This document shows positions 53,044 to 62,119 of a stretch of DNA of 64,000 nucleotides, in pieces. Where the stretch lies: the NCBI GenBank assembly GCA_019358935.1, contig JAHHIK010000003.1, positions 76,461-140,460 on the forward strand. The letters run 5' to 3'. The notes beneath the pieces were generated by a model that was given only the letters and a program-made list of their open reading frames with translations, searched no databases and had not been told where the DNA came from. The DNA comes from Tolypothrix carrinoi HA7290-LM1 (GTDB lineage Bacteria > Cyanobacteriota > Cyanobacteriia > Cyanobacteriales > Nostocaceae). How positions within the stretch are numbered: position 1 is the first letter of the stretch; every line of letters starts with the position of its first letter. Position numbers and translations under genes: made by a program.

Positions 53044-54248
53044 TTAACATTTTCAAGAATTAACTCTTTCAATGCCTTTCCCAAATACTCGTACTGTTCC
53101 AACGTATTGTAAATTTGCGCCGAAACCCTTATTAATAACTTCGGTTTTTCCTGCCACGGAACCACTTGCACTTGAATCCCAAATCTATCAAATAATTCAT
53201 CGCGCAAAGACATAAAACTGCGACTTTCCAACACTTCTGGCATCGGAACAACCGCCATAGAACCAATCATCTCATCTGGACACGGCATCGACACCTTCAA
53301 CGCTTCACAAAGTAGCTGTCTTGCCTGCAATGCTAGCTGATGATTTCGCTGTCTTAATTCATCCCACCCACCAGGTAACAGAGAACCCATAAAAGCGATC
53401 GCTTCCGGTACGCACATATAAGCTGTAGGATCGTTCGTACCCATCCAATCAAACTCCAACTGAAAGCGTGATTTATCAGTTCGTGGTGAGTTTGCACCGT
53501 GGCTAATTGTCAGCGGACGAATTTCTGGCTGTTTATCCCGTCGTACATACAAAAAAGCCGCACTTTTCGGCGCACACAACCACTTATGACAATTCCCAGT
53601 ATAATAAGTCGCCCCAATTTCTGATAAATTTAAAGCAAGCATTCCCGGCGCGTGGGCACCATCTATTAGCGTATCCACACCGCGCTGTTGTAACTCTTTT
53701 ACCAACTGTTGAATGGGAAAAATTAACCCAGTTTGGCTGGTAACGTGATCCAAAAGTGCTAATCGCGTTTTTGGCGAAACCTGCTCAATTACCGCTGATA
53801 AAATTTGTTCTGACGATTCTAAAGGAAAAGGAATTTTTGCCACCACCACCCGCGCCCCAGTGCGACTAGCGATAAAATCTAAAGCATTACGGCAAGCGTT
53901 ATATTCATGGTTAGTTGTGAGAATTTCATCTTCTGCATGAAAGATAAGCGATCGCAACACCGAATTTACACCAGTCGTCGCATTCGGAACAAATACCAAA
54001 TCTTCGGCATCCGCACCCATAAACCCCGCTAGTTTCCTCCTCGCGTCATCCAGCAATCCTTCCCACTCCCTAATAAAAAAGCGCAGTGGTTCATTTTCTA
54101 ACTGTTCGCGCAGTCGTTGTTGCGCTGACAACACAGCCTTAGGACAAGCACCAAACGAACCATGATTGAGAAACGTCACAGCTGGATCAAGCGACCATAA
54201 TTTTACCCACTTGCCTGTCTCGTATTCAGTAAGCGCATCCTGAAACAT
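53040..54248 (-). CDS. Class V aminotransferase (isopenicillin N epimerase / cysteine lyase-like)
   Basis: LNHGSFGA, NATTGVN, DGAH and NCHKWLCAP. Confidence 0.88.
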   Translation of the reverse strand: MFQDALTEYETGKWVKLWSLDPAVTFLNHGSFGACPKAVLSAQQRLREQLENEPLRFFIREWEGLLDDARRKLAGFMGADAEDLVFVPNATTGVNSVLRSLIFHAEDEILTTNHEYNACRNALDFIASRTGARVVVAKIPFPLESSEQILSAVIEQVSPKTRLALLDHVTSQTGLIFPIQQLVKELQQRGVDTLIDGAHAPGMLALNLSEIGATYYTGNCHKWLCAPKSAAFLYVRRDKQPEIRPLTISHGANSPRTDKSRFQLEFDWMGTNDPTAYMCVPEAIAFMGSLLPGGWDELRQRNHQLALQARQLLCEALKVSMPCPDEMIGSMAVVPMPEVLESRSFMSLRDELFDRFGIQVQVVPWQEKPKLLIRVSAQIYNTLEQYEYLGKALKELILENVN

Positions 54249-54315
54249 GGATTTACTCAGAAGTCATAAGTTATTAACTCCTAACTCATCACTCCTAACT
54301 CCTAACTTTTTTTAA

Positions 54316-54387
<72 letters not shown>

Positions 54388-54542
54388 TCACAATTTCTTA
54401 TCTTAAGGGTAAAGATAGGATTTGGCAAGTACCTGAGCGAAAATTTTTCCAAAAAACTTTTGACTAGATACTTAAGTCCATAATCCTTTCCATCAAAACC
54501 CAATGACAAAGGTAACGCATGCTTTGCAATTCATGCTAATAT

Positions 54543-55094
54543 TTAATTTGTTCGCATTCGCAATTCCGCCAGACGATCTCGTGCTTTGGGGTCAATGGAA
54601 TTTGCGAGAAATCTAGTTTTAGGTTGTTTCCTTGTTTGATACTTTTGCCGCGATCGACACACGGTGGCTTCCACTTCCCAACATAGTTTTTGAGCCGACA
54701 TCCACTGGGCACCATAACCTAGTATCATCAGCTGTTGTGCCCGGTCTGAAGTGGCAACAATTACGCGAGAAATCAGAGACTGTGCTAATGAAGAGCGCAA
54801 AGACGCACAGGTTTTTTCGATGTACGTATCAGCAGTCTGTCCAAAATCAGTGTAATGAACTGATAAAAGCTCTGTAATAACTTCTTTATTGCTAGAGGAA
54901 TTTTGATATTGGGCATCAAACACGATTTGAGTTTCATAACCCTCAAAAGCGCTGTAACTGATTAAAGCTTCAATCAATTCAGCGCGTGCTGCCTCTAATC
55001 CAGCATAGTCACGGGTTTTTTTCAGGCAATGCCAAGCGCCAATTATATTGTAGCCGTCCACTAACAAAACGGCTGGAAGTAAGGAGGGGGGCAT
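54543..55094 (-). CDS. NYN-domain RNase (YacP/Rae1 family)
   Basis: LLVDGYNII, IVFDA, TADTYIE and VATSD. Confidence 0.9.
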   Translation of the reverse strand: MPPSLLPAVLLVDGYNIIGAWHCLKKTRDYAGLEAARAELIEALISYSAFEGYETQIVFDAQYQNSSSNKEVITELLSVHYTDFGQTADTYIEKTCASLRSSLAQSLISRVIVATSDRAQQLMILGYGAQWMSAQKLCWEVEATVCRSRQKYQTRKQPKTRFLANSIDPKARDRLAELRMRTN

Positions 55095-55317
55095 GGTTTT
55101 TAATCACAATTATCTAGAGTTAACAAAATTCATTCATAACTTTTATAGTAATTGAAGCACTGCTTGTAACACTATGTTACAGAAAACAAAAAATGTAGAT
55201 CGGTTGTGTAAAGTTGCTGTATAAACTGAAAACGCGCCTTTTTAGAGGCGCGTTGCAGTTGTTTGTAATTACTAATTAATTATTAGCTTGGGATAAAAAA
55301 AGCTGGACAAGTGAGTA

Positions 55318-55995
55318 TTAAGAGGCTTCGTCGTGTTCTTGCATCAAACGTTGTTTTAGGCGTGAAGCTTCACCTTTATCCACTAGAGAGCCTTTTTCTA
55401 GCAAGAAAGCGCCATCACAGTAATTTAACTCGTCTAGGCGATGCGTTACCCAAAGAGCCGTCATATTGCGACTTTTGACTAAACGGCGTACTTGAGCTAC
55501 CAAGTCCAGTTGGCTATCTGGATCGAGTAAAGCAGTTGGTTCATCTAATAGTAAGACCTCACAGCGACGAGCGATCGCACCAGCAATTGCCACTCGCTGC
55601 TTCTGTCCACCACTCAAAGCATAGATAGGGCGTCGTTGCAGTGAAAGCAAATTCACCGCCCCTAACGCCTCCTCAACCCTTGCTCTGACTACCTTTGGCT
55701 GCAATTTTTCTTCCACCAGTCCAAAAGCCACATCAGCACCAACAGTTGGCATCACCAATTGATGATCCGGATTTTGGAAGACAAAGCCAACCGGATGCAA
55801 AATCCGAATTTCTCCAGACTGAGGTGCTAATAATCCCGCAAGTAATCTGAGCAAAGTTGATTTGCCACTGCCATTAGTACCCAAAAGCATCCAAAATTCA
55901 CCAAGAGGTACTTCTAGAGAGCAAGATTTGATTACTTTCTCTCCATTAGTCCAACTGAAATTTAAATCCTTTACCTCAATGCCCAGTTCCGCCAT
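55318..55995 (-). CDS. ECF/CbiO-type ABC transporter ATP-binding protein
   Basis: GTNGSGKS, VFQNPD, LSGGQKQR and LLLDEPT. Confidence 0.9.
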   Translation of the reverse strand: MAELGIEVKDLNFSWTNGEKVIKSCSLEVPLGEFWMLLGTNGSGKSTLLRLLAGLLAPQSGEIRILHPVGFVFQNPDHQLVMPTVGADVAFGLVEEKLQPKVVRARVEEALGAVNLLSLQRRPIYALSGGQKQRVAIAGAIARRCEVLLLDEPTALLDPDSQLDLVAQVRRLVKSRNMTALWVTHRLDELNYCDGAFLLEKGSLVDKGEASRLKQRLMQEHDEAS

Positions 55996-56013
55996 TTTTA
56001 TACCGTCGATGGC

Positions 56014-56286
56014 TTACTCAGAGGCTAGGGCAAAGAAACCAGGTGGTCTAGCACCACCAGCAGCCACACCATCTTTCTGAGATATTTGTACCCCAGAAAT
56101 TTCACTAGCACGGACAGCAATTTTTTTCTCTGTCTTGCCCTCACAGATTAGTTCCACAATATCAGGGTTGCCAGAGCGCATAGCTGCCAAAATCAATTGA
56201 TAAACAGCTTCAGCATCCTCAGATGTCTTACGTTGTACCGATACGGGGAAAGGCGTATTTCTTAAGGTTAAGTCGATGGTGAACAT
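56014..56286 (-). CDS. Conserved cyanobacterial small hypothetical protein
   Basis: MFTIDL..TP.PVSVQRK...PPGFF; co-oriented with the ABC ATPase and NYN genes. Confidence 0.75.
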   Translation of the reverse strand: MFTIDLTLRNTPFPVSVQRKTSEDAEAVYQLILAAMRSGNPDIVELICEGKTEKKIAVRASEISGVQISQKDGVAAGGARPPGFFALASE

Positions 56287-56339
56287 GAATCCCAAGATTG
56301 AAATTTAACTGTAGCAATCATTTTAGCGTGCAAGAAGGT

Positions 56340-56622
56340 GGGGGAGTGGGGAATGGGGCATGGGGGAGGCAGTGCGTTGGAAAGGCTCTGCCGACAGTCA
56401 CGCATCTGCCGTCATGGGGCATGGGGCATGGGGGAGGCAGTGCGTTGGAAAGGCTCTGCCGACAGTCACGCATCTGCCGTCATGGGGCATGGGGACTGGA
56501 AAAAGAATTATTACCCATTACCCATTACCCATTACCCATTACCCATTACCCATTACCAATGCCCAATGCCCAATGCCCAATGCCCAATGCCCAATGCCCA
56601 ATGCCCCATGCCCAATGCCCCC
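56340..56622. repeat. Two tandem SDR-like elements (68-bp period) plus STRR tracts (TTACCCA)n and (TGCCCAA)n
   Basis: Identical copies of GGGGAGGCAGTGCGTTGGAAAGGCTCTGCCGACAGTCACGCATCTGCCGTCATGGGG at about 56362 and 56430. Confidence 0.88.
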
Positions 56623-56851
56623 CCTCCGGGGTTTCAAGGTATCCGTGTAAATCTTAAATAAATATAAATATTAATTTAGATTAAAAATTGTGTAGAAAAA
56701 TGAGAAATTTAGTTATAGAATAATGAGAGACAGTAAAAAATTGTAAACTGGATACATAACCCAGTTTGTGTTCTGTCTTATAGATAGCAGTAAAATCGCA
56801 ATCTATAGGCAGAGAAAACCTGAACTTATAAACTTTTGGAGATTTCTTGTA

Positions 56852-57907
56852 ATGACCATCGCAGTAGGACGCGCCCCCAGTAGAGGGTGGTTTGACGTAC
56901 TAGACGACTGGTTGAAGCGCGATCGCTTTGTATTCGTAGGTTGGTCAGGGATATTATTATTCCCTTGCGCCTTCCTAGCACTAGGCGGTTGGCTCACCGG
57001 TACAACATTCGTCACGAGTTGGTACACCCACGGATTAGCCTCATCATACCTGGAAGGCTGTAACTTCTTGACAGTGGCAGTATCGACCCCAGCAAATAGT
57101 TTGGGACACTCATTATTGTTACTGTGGGGACCAGAAGCACAAGGCGACTTCACCCGTTGGTGTCAATTGGGTGGATTGTGGACATTTGTAGCATTACACG
57201 GAGCCTTTGCTTTAATCGGCTTCATGTTGCGGCAATTTGAAATCGCTCGCTTGGTAGGGATTCGTCCTTACAACGCGATCGCATTTTCTGCCCCCATCGC
57301 TGTATTCGTCAGCGTCTTTTTGATGTACCCCTTGGGTCAATCGTCATGGTTCTTTGCTCCTAGCTTCGGCGTAGCGGCAATTTTCCGCTTCATCTTGTTC
57401 ATCCAAGGCTTCCACAACTTTACCCTCAACCCCTTCCACATGATGGGCGTAGCAGGTGTATTGGGTGGTGCATTACTTTGCGCGATTCACGGTGCAACAG
57501 TCGAAAATACCTTGTTTGAAGATGGCGAAGGTGCAAACACCTTCCGTGCCTTCAACCCAACTCAATCAGAAGAAACCTACTCAATGGTGACAGCAAACCG
57601 TTTCTGGTCACAGATATTCGGGATTGCTTTCTCCAACAAGCGTTGGCTGCACTTCTTCATGTTGTTTGTCCCGGTAACAGGCTTGTGGATGGCAGCAATT
57701 GGAATTGTTGGTTTGGCGCTGAACCTGCGGGCTTATGACTTCGTATCGCAAGAATTGCGTGCGGCAGAAGACCCAGAGTTTGAAACATTCTATACCAAAA
57801 ACATTTTGCTGAACGAGGGTATCCGCGCTTGGATGGCTCCTCAAGATCAGCCTCACGAACAATTTGTCTTCCCTGAAGAAGTATTACCTCGCGGTAACGC
57901 TCTCTAA
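56852..57907 (+). CDS. psbD: Photosystem II D2 protein, monocistronic copy (no psbC)
   Basis: MTIAVGRAP...[10 protein letters not shown], followed by a terminator rather than an overlapping psbC. Confidence 0.97.
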   Translation: MTIAVGRAPSRGWFDVLDDWLKRDRFVFVGWSGILLFPCAFLALGGWLTGTTFVTSWYTHGLASSYLEGCNFLTVAVSTPANSLGHSLLLLWGPEAQGDFTRWCQLGGLWTFVALHGAFALIGFMLRQFEIARLVGIRPYNAIAFSAPIAVFVSVFLMYPLGQSSWFFAPSFGVAAIFRFILFIQGFHNFTLNPFHMMGVAGVLGGALLCAIHGATVENTLFEDGEGANTFRAFNPTQSEETYSMVTANRFWSQIFGIAFSNKRWLHFFMLFVPVTGLWMAAIGIVGLALNLRAYDFVSQELRAAEDPEFETFYTKNILLNEGIRAWMAPQDQPHEQFVFPEEVLPRGNAL

Positions 57908-57950
57908 GGATCGATAATGCATTAATCTGCATTTAGCATTCATCATTTAT

Positions 57951-57979
57951 CCCCCGCCTTTTTTGGTGGGGGTTTTTTT
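57951..57979 (+). terminator. Rho-independent terminator of psbD
   Basis: CCCCCGCC-loop-GGTGGGGG followed by a T-tract. Confidence 0.8.
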
Positions 57980-58096
57980 ATTTCTCGTCAATATCCATAA
58001 TCCATGTGTTATATTGATTGAAGGTGTAAAAACCCAGAGCGAAATGCTCTGCCTTTTTGAAACTTAGACCACTTAGGCAACAAGGAGGTGATGCCC

Positions 58097-58168
58097 ATGA
58101 TAGAAAGTAGTATACGCATGGGTCATCAGGTTGCAGTTAGCCGGCTGTGTGCCGGGGCTGTTCTCTAA
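58097..58168 (+). CDS. Putative 23-aa peptide MIESSIRMGHQVAVSRLCAGAVL
   Basis: ATG 4 nt after an 11-nt perfect anti-16S match; an in-frame ATG two codons upstream overlaps the SD. Confidence 0.45.
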   Translation: MIESSIRMGHQVAVSRLCAGAVL

Positions 58169-58269
58169 AAGTTAGCCTTAGTTCTCTTGAGAGACTAAGT
58201 TAGCTCAAGTAGCAAGGCTCGCTCGGAGTTCCTTCCGGCAGTCTGGTTGCAACCTGAAGACCCGCTAGA

Positions 58270-58317
58270 CCGCCCTGAATTAGGTCATCCGATCTAATTC
58301 AGGGCGGATAGTTTTTT
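58270..58317 (+). terminator. Strong intrinsic terminator
   Basis: CCGCCCTGAATTAG / CTAATTCAGGGCGG, a 14-bp perfect stem followed by a T-tract. Confidence 0.8.
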
Positions 58318-58388
58318 AAGGGTGTTTTTTAAGTTTTTTCATCAACTCTGGCTCGGAAAAATCTAGAAGAATCAGGTTTTATGTAGCA

Positions 58389-58672
58389 ATGGTGCAACTA
58401 CTTATTGAAGCCGAAATTCAACAACGGGCAAGCGTTCTTAATGGTTGGACAGTAGAAGGTTCCAAATTGCAGTGTAGCCGCAAGTTTAAGGATTTTATTC
58501 AGGCAATTGAATTTGTAAATCAGCTCGAGCCGAGCCTGCTGAGTCGGCGGGACATCATCCATATATAGAGATTTCTTACAACAAAGTCAAGATAGCCCTG
58601 ACAACACATGATGCAGGTGGGTTGACACAGAAAGACTTTGAATTGGCGGAAGTAATTTCCCAAATTCCGTAG
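58389..58672 (+). pseudogene. phhB: Pterin-4-alpha-carbinolamine dehydratase, frameshifted
   Basis: MVQLL..FKDFIQAIEFVNQL, then a GAGCC duplication near 58527-58536, then EPAESAGHHPYIEISYNKV..TTHDAGGLT.KD. Span is 284 nt. Missed by the ORF track. Confidence 0.8.
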
Positions 58673-59093
58673 GGGTCGGGTTTACGCGCCCACAAAGGGG
58701 AAAGAGCGCACGCCAGTCCACTCACTCCTCCACCCCCCAACTCTAGAGCCACTACGAATAGACGGTACAGGCAACCGCGCTGCCTTGACTCACCACATGT
58801 GGCTGGCTCCTCTACCGACCAATAATGAGAAATTTCTTATCGCCTGGGATGTGTGACAGTTTATGAGGCGATCGCTGCTATGTTGTCAGATGACTCAAAT
58901 GTTTTATAATACCAAAGTATAAGGGTATGTTTTTGCATTAAGTTAATCACATCAATTTTTATACAAAATTAATTAGTTATTAGCTTGGCAAAAACTAGAA
59001 TTGTAGTGATGACAATTAAGCCTCATAAACAGGTTTAAATAAAGATGTGGCATTTTCCGGAATAAGTGCAACAAACAAGGTTATCTATACAAG

Positions 59094-59102
59094 GTGTGAG
59101 GA
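59094..59102 (+). promoter_or_regulatory. Putative Yfr1 sRNA target site in the porin RBS region
   Basis: GTGTGAGGA is complementary to the conserved Yfr1 motif ACUCCUCACAC and lies 11 nt upstream of ATG 59114. Confidence 0.6.
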
Positions 59103-59113
59103 AAAGAGGAAAG

Positions 59114-61081
59114 ATGTCTAATATATTGTGGAAATCCTTGGTGGTTAGTCCAGCGGTTTTAGGAGCAACGTTGTTAGTTTCAGCAACAGCGATCGCAGCT
59201 CCAACTACAACCACCCAGAAGGCTATTCAGACAGAAGCATTACAAACTGAAAAATCAGAAGTAGCTTCAACAGAAGCATTACAAGCTGACAAACTAGAAG
59301 TTCTACCAACAGTAGATAAACTAGAAGCTTCAAAAAATACTTCTAAAGGTATAGTATTCCCAACTGCCGCTACAGAAGTTGCCCAAAAGCCAGAAGTAGC
59401 TCAAGTACAAAACAGTACAGTATTTTCAACATCTACCGCCACTACAGTTGGTAAAAAACCACAAGTATTGGCTCAAGTACAACAAGTACAAGAACAAACT
59501 CAAGTTAACACTTTAGATCAAGTTAACAAGTACAGCAACGAAGGTAAGAGCGGTAATTCTCAGGCGCAAGTAACATCGGTTTCCCAGTTTTCCGACGTAC
59601 AACCGACAGACTGGGCATTCCAAGCGTTACAGTCCTTGGTTGAGCGTTACGGTTGTATCGCAGGTTATCCAAATGGAACTTATCGCGGAAACCGTGCTTT
59701 AACCCGTTATGAATTTGCCGCTGGTTTAAATGCTTGTTTGGATCGCGTTAACGAATTGATCGCCACAGCCACCGCTGACTTGGTAACAAAAGAAGATTTG
59801 GCGACCTTACAGCGTTTGCAAGAAGAATTTTCCGCAGAACTAGCAACTCTACGCGGACGTGTAGATGCGTTAGAAGCCCGGACTGCTGAATTAGAGTCAA
59901 ATCAATTCTCTACCACTACCAAGTTGGTGGGTGAAGCGATATTCGCCCTCACTGATGCTTTTGGCGATCAAGCAGGCGACAATAACAACACCGTCTTCCA
60001 AGAAAGAATACGTTTAGACTTGCAAACCAGCTTCACTGGTAGAGACATTTTACACACCCGTCTTGCCACTGGTAATGCAGGAAGATTGAACTTAGGTACT
60101 GATAGAGACGTTAACGGAGACGGAGCTATAGGTCCCTCGGAGCGTAGTGCTGAAGGTCTTCAAACCTTTAACATAACGGGAAATGAAAACAATAATAACG
60201 GTGTCGTCCTAGACTGGTTGGCGTATTACGTTCCCGTAGGACCTGCGAGACTTTACGTTGCAGCTACCGGCGGTATTCATAGCGATTATGCAGCCACTGT
60301 CAACCCTTACTTTGAGGACTATGACGGCGGTAATGGCGCTCTAACTGCATTCGGTTCGGAAAACCCCATCTTCCGGATTGGTGGTGGCGCAGGCGCAGCG
60401 CTAAACTTCAACTTTGGTAGAGGCGGCGGTATCCTGAAACCAAGCGCACTAACTATAGGTTATTTGGGATCTGAAGCAAATAACCCTAATGGTGGTTCTG
60501 GTATATTCAATGGCAACTATGCTGCTCTAGGACAGTTGAACTTTAACTTGGGCGATCGCATCGCCTTAGCTGCAACCTACGTCCACGGCTACCACGGCGC
60601 TGGAAGTGCTTTATTTGATGCAGGTGGATTCCAAGGACAAAACGTTCCTTTAGTAGGTACTTCACAATCCAACGCTCTGAGCGCTACAAACGCATCTTCA
60701 AGTAACTCCTACGGTCTGTCAGCAGCCATTAGACCAAGTGACAAACTGTCTATCAGCGGCTTTGTGTCTTACCACGATGTTATCGGCTTCGGTAGTAATG
60801 ATGATTTTGAAGCTTTCAGTTACGGAGCCGGCATAGCCCTACCTGACTTTGGTAAGAAGGGTAACGTTTTAGGTATCTTCGGTGGCGCACAACCTTACGC
60901 CTTGGGTCGTACTGGTCGTGGTTCTAGAGATATTCCCTATCAAGTTGAAGGTTTCTACAAGTATCGCGTGTCTGATAACGTTTCCATCACTCCTGGTGTG
61001 ATTTGGTTGACCTCTCCTGGTCAAAATAGCGATAACGATGATGCGTTTATCGGTACTCTCAGAACAACATTCACCTTCTAG
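59114..61081 (+). CDS. SLH-domain outer-membrane porin (SomA/OprB-like)
   Basis: Signal peptide, QVTSVSQFSDVQPTDWAFQAL, RYEFAAGL, QFSTTTKL and C-terminal RTTFTF. Confidence 0.93.
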   Translation: MSNILWKSLVVSPAVLGATLLVSATAIAAPTTTTQKAIQTEALQTEKSEVASTEALQADKLEVLPTVDKLEASKNTSKGIVFPTAATEVAQKPEVAQVQNSTVFSTSTATTVGKKPQVLAQVQQVQEQTQVNTLDQVNKYSNEGKSGNSQAQVTSVSQFSDVQPTDWAFQALQSLVERYGCIAGYPNGTYRGNRALTRYEFAAGLNACLDRVNELIATATADLVTKEDLATLQRLQEEFSAELATLRGRVDALEARTAELESNQFSTTTKLVGEAIFALTDAFGDQAGDNNNTVFQERIRLDLQTSFTGRDILHTRLATGNAGRLNLGTDRDVNGDGAIGPSERSAEGLQTFNITGNENNNNGVVLDWLAYYVPVGPARLYVAATGGIHSDYAATVNPYFEDYDGGNGALTAFGSENPIFRIGGGAGAALNFNFGRGGGILKPSALTIGYLGSEANNPNGGSGIFNGNYAALGQLNFNLGDRIALAATYVHGYHGAGSALFDAGGFQGQNVPLVGTSQSNALSATNASSSNSYGLSAAIRPSDKLSISGFVSYHDVIGFGSNDDFEAFSYGAGIALPDFGKKGNVLGIFGGAQPYALGRTGRGSRDIPYQVEGFYKYRVSDNVSITPGVIWLTSPGQNSDNDDAFIGTLRTTFTF

Positions 61082-61120
61082 AACATTGACAATCTGACTA
61101 CAATTTAAAACCCTATTTTT

Positions 61121-61144
61121 CCCCGCCCTCAAGCGGGGTTTTTT
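61121..61144 (+). terminator. Intrinsic terminator of the porin gene
   Basis: CCCCGC-loop-GCGGGG followed by T6. Confidence 0.8.
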
Positions 61145-61290
61145 ATTCGTAGTCAGCGCTGACTACAAAGTATCAAACCCTAGTGGAGAACCGGAGTATA
61201 CTAGAAAAAGGATGAAGTATGAAGTATGAAAGATGAAAAATCTTTATGCTTCAGCATTCATCCTTTATACTTCATCCTTTAGTACAGCTT

Positions 61291-61728
61291 GTGGAACTAT
61301 CGTGTAAATCAGAATACGCAATTCTTGCCTTATTAGAGTTGGCAATTCATTACCAAAGCGGTGAACCGCTGCAAATTCGCACCATTGCGGCACAACAAAA
61401 TATACCCGATCGCTATCTCGAACAACTGTTAGCAACTTTGAGACGTGGAGGTATAGTCAAAAGCCAACGCGGGTCAAAGGGTGGCTATATCCTGTCGCGG
61501 GAACCTTGGAAAATAACACTTTTCGAGGTGATGGGATGTTTGGAAGGGTTAGATGTACGGACGTGTGATGAAGATGTCCAGCCGAAAACTGTAGACAGTG
61601 GTGTTATAGAAGAAATCTGGCTTGAAGCACGTCAAGCAGCAAACGCAGTTTTACAAAATTACACGCTTGGGGATCTCCGTGAGAAACGAGATGCACGGCG
61701 GCAGTTAGATATCATGTACTACATTTAG
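61291..61728 (+). CDS. Rrf2-family regulator (CymR-like)
   Basis: YAILALLELA, YLEQLL..L, SQRGSKGGY and C-terminal MYYI; sits upstream of a cysK remnant; GTG start. Confidence 0.85.
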   Translation: MELSCKSEYAILALLELAIHYQSGEPLQIRTIAAQQNIPDRYLEQLLATLRRGGIVKSQRGSKGGYILSREPWKITLFEVMGCLEGLDVRTCDEDVQPKTVDSGVIEEIWLEARQAANAVLQNYTLGDLREKRDARRQLDIMYYI

Positions 61729-61829
61729 TCAATGGTTAATAGTACTCGACCAATTTCAAGAAAGCGCGGTTACGTGGTTAGATTCGGTGACTTCACAGCT
61801 ATTAGTCGGGAAGGACAGCGGAACATCAA

Positions 61830-62094
61830 GTGTGTTCCTTCTGCTTTCAACATTGTAAAATTAATAAATGAAGTGATTACCGTAGCCGACGAAGCGATCG
61901 CCTACCATCGCCGTTTGGCAAGATAACAAAAGCTATTATCTGGCATTTTCAGTGGCGCATTATATCCAGCAATTCCTGTCGCCCAACGACTACAAAATCA
62001 AGGGCGCTTAATTGTGATGATTCAACCCAGTTTTGGAGAGAGGTATCTGAGTACGCCGTTGTTCCAAGACTTAAATTCGTGCATTAACAGCTAA
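61830..62094 (+). pseudogene. cysK: Cysteine synthase A C-terminal remnant
   Basis: [32 protein letters not shown]...[24 protein letters not shown]; internal stop at 61924-61926; the N-terminal two-thirds are missing. Confidence 0.82.
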
Positions 62095-62119
62095 CATTAG
62101 CTAACAATAAATTGGAGTA

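Larger units (their letters stand above)
58021..58317 (+). ncRNA. Unidentified structured RNA / small-ORF mRNA
   Basis: Extended -10 (TGtTATATT, 58007-58015), several stems, SD AAGGAGGTGAT, a 23-codon ORF and a strong terminator. Confidence 0.55.

Noticed and set aside
56359..56490. 68-bp duplication as a mini-CRISPR
   Set aside because: The whole unit is duplicated identically and belongs to a dispersed repeat family.
56298..56661. Three overlapping ORFs (PITHY/PMPNAQC repeats)
   Set aside because: Translations of stop-free STRR heptamer tracts.
58021..58317. Identification as 6S RNA, SRP RNA, tmRNA or RNase P RNA
   Set aside because: Lacks the hallmark motifs as I recall them (tRNA-like ends and tag peptide, SRP domain IV loop, RNase P P4).
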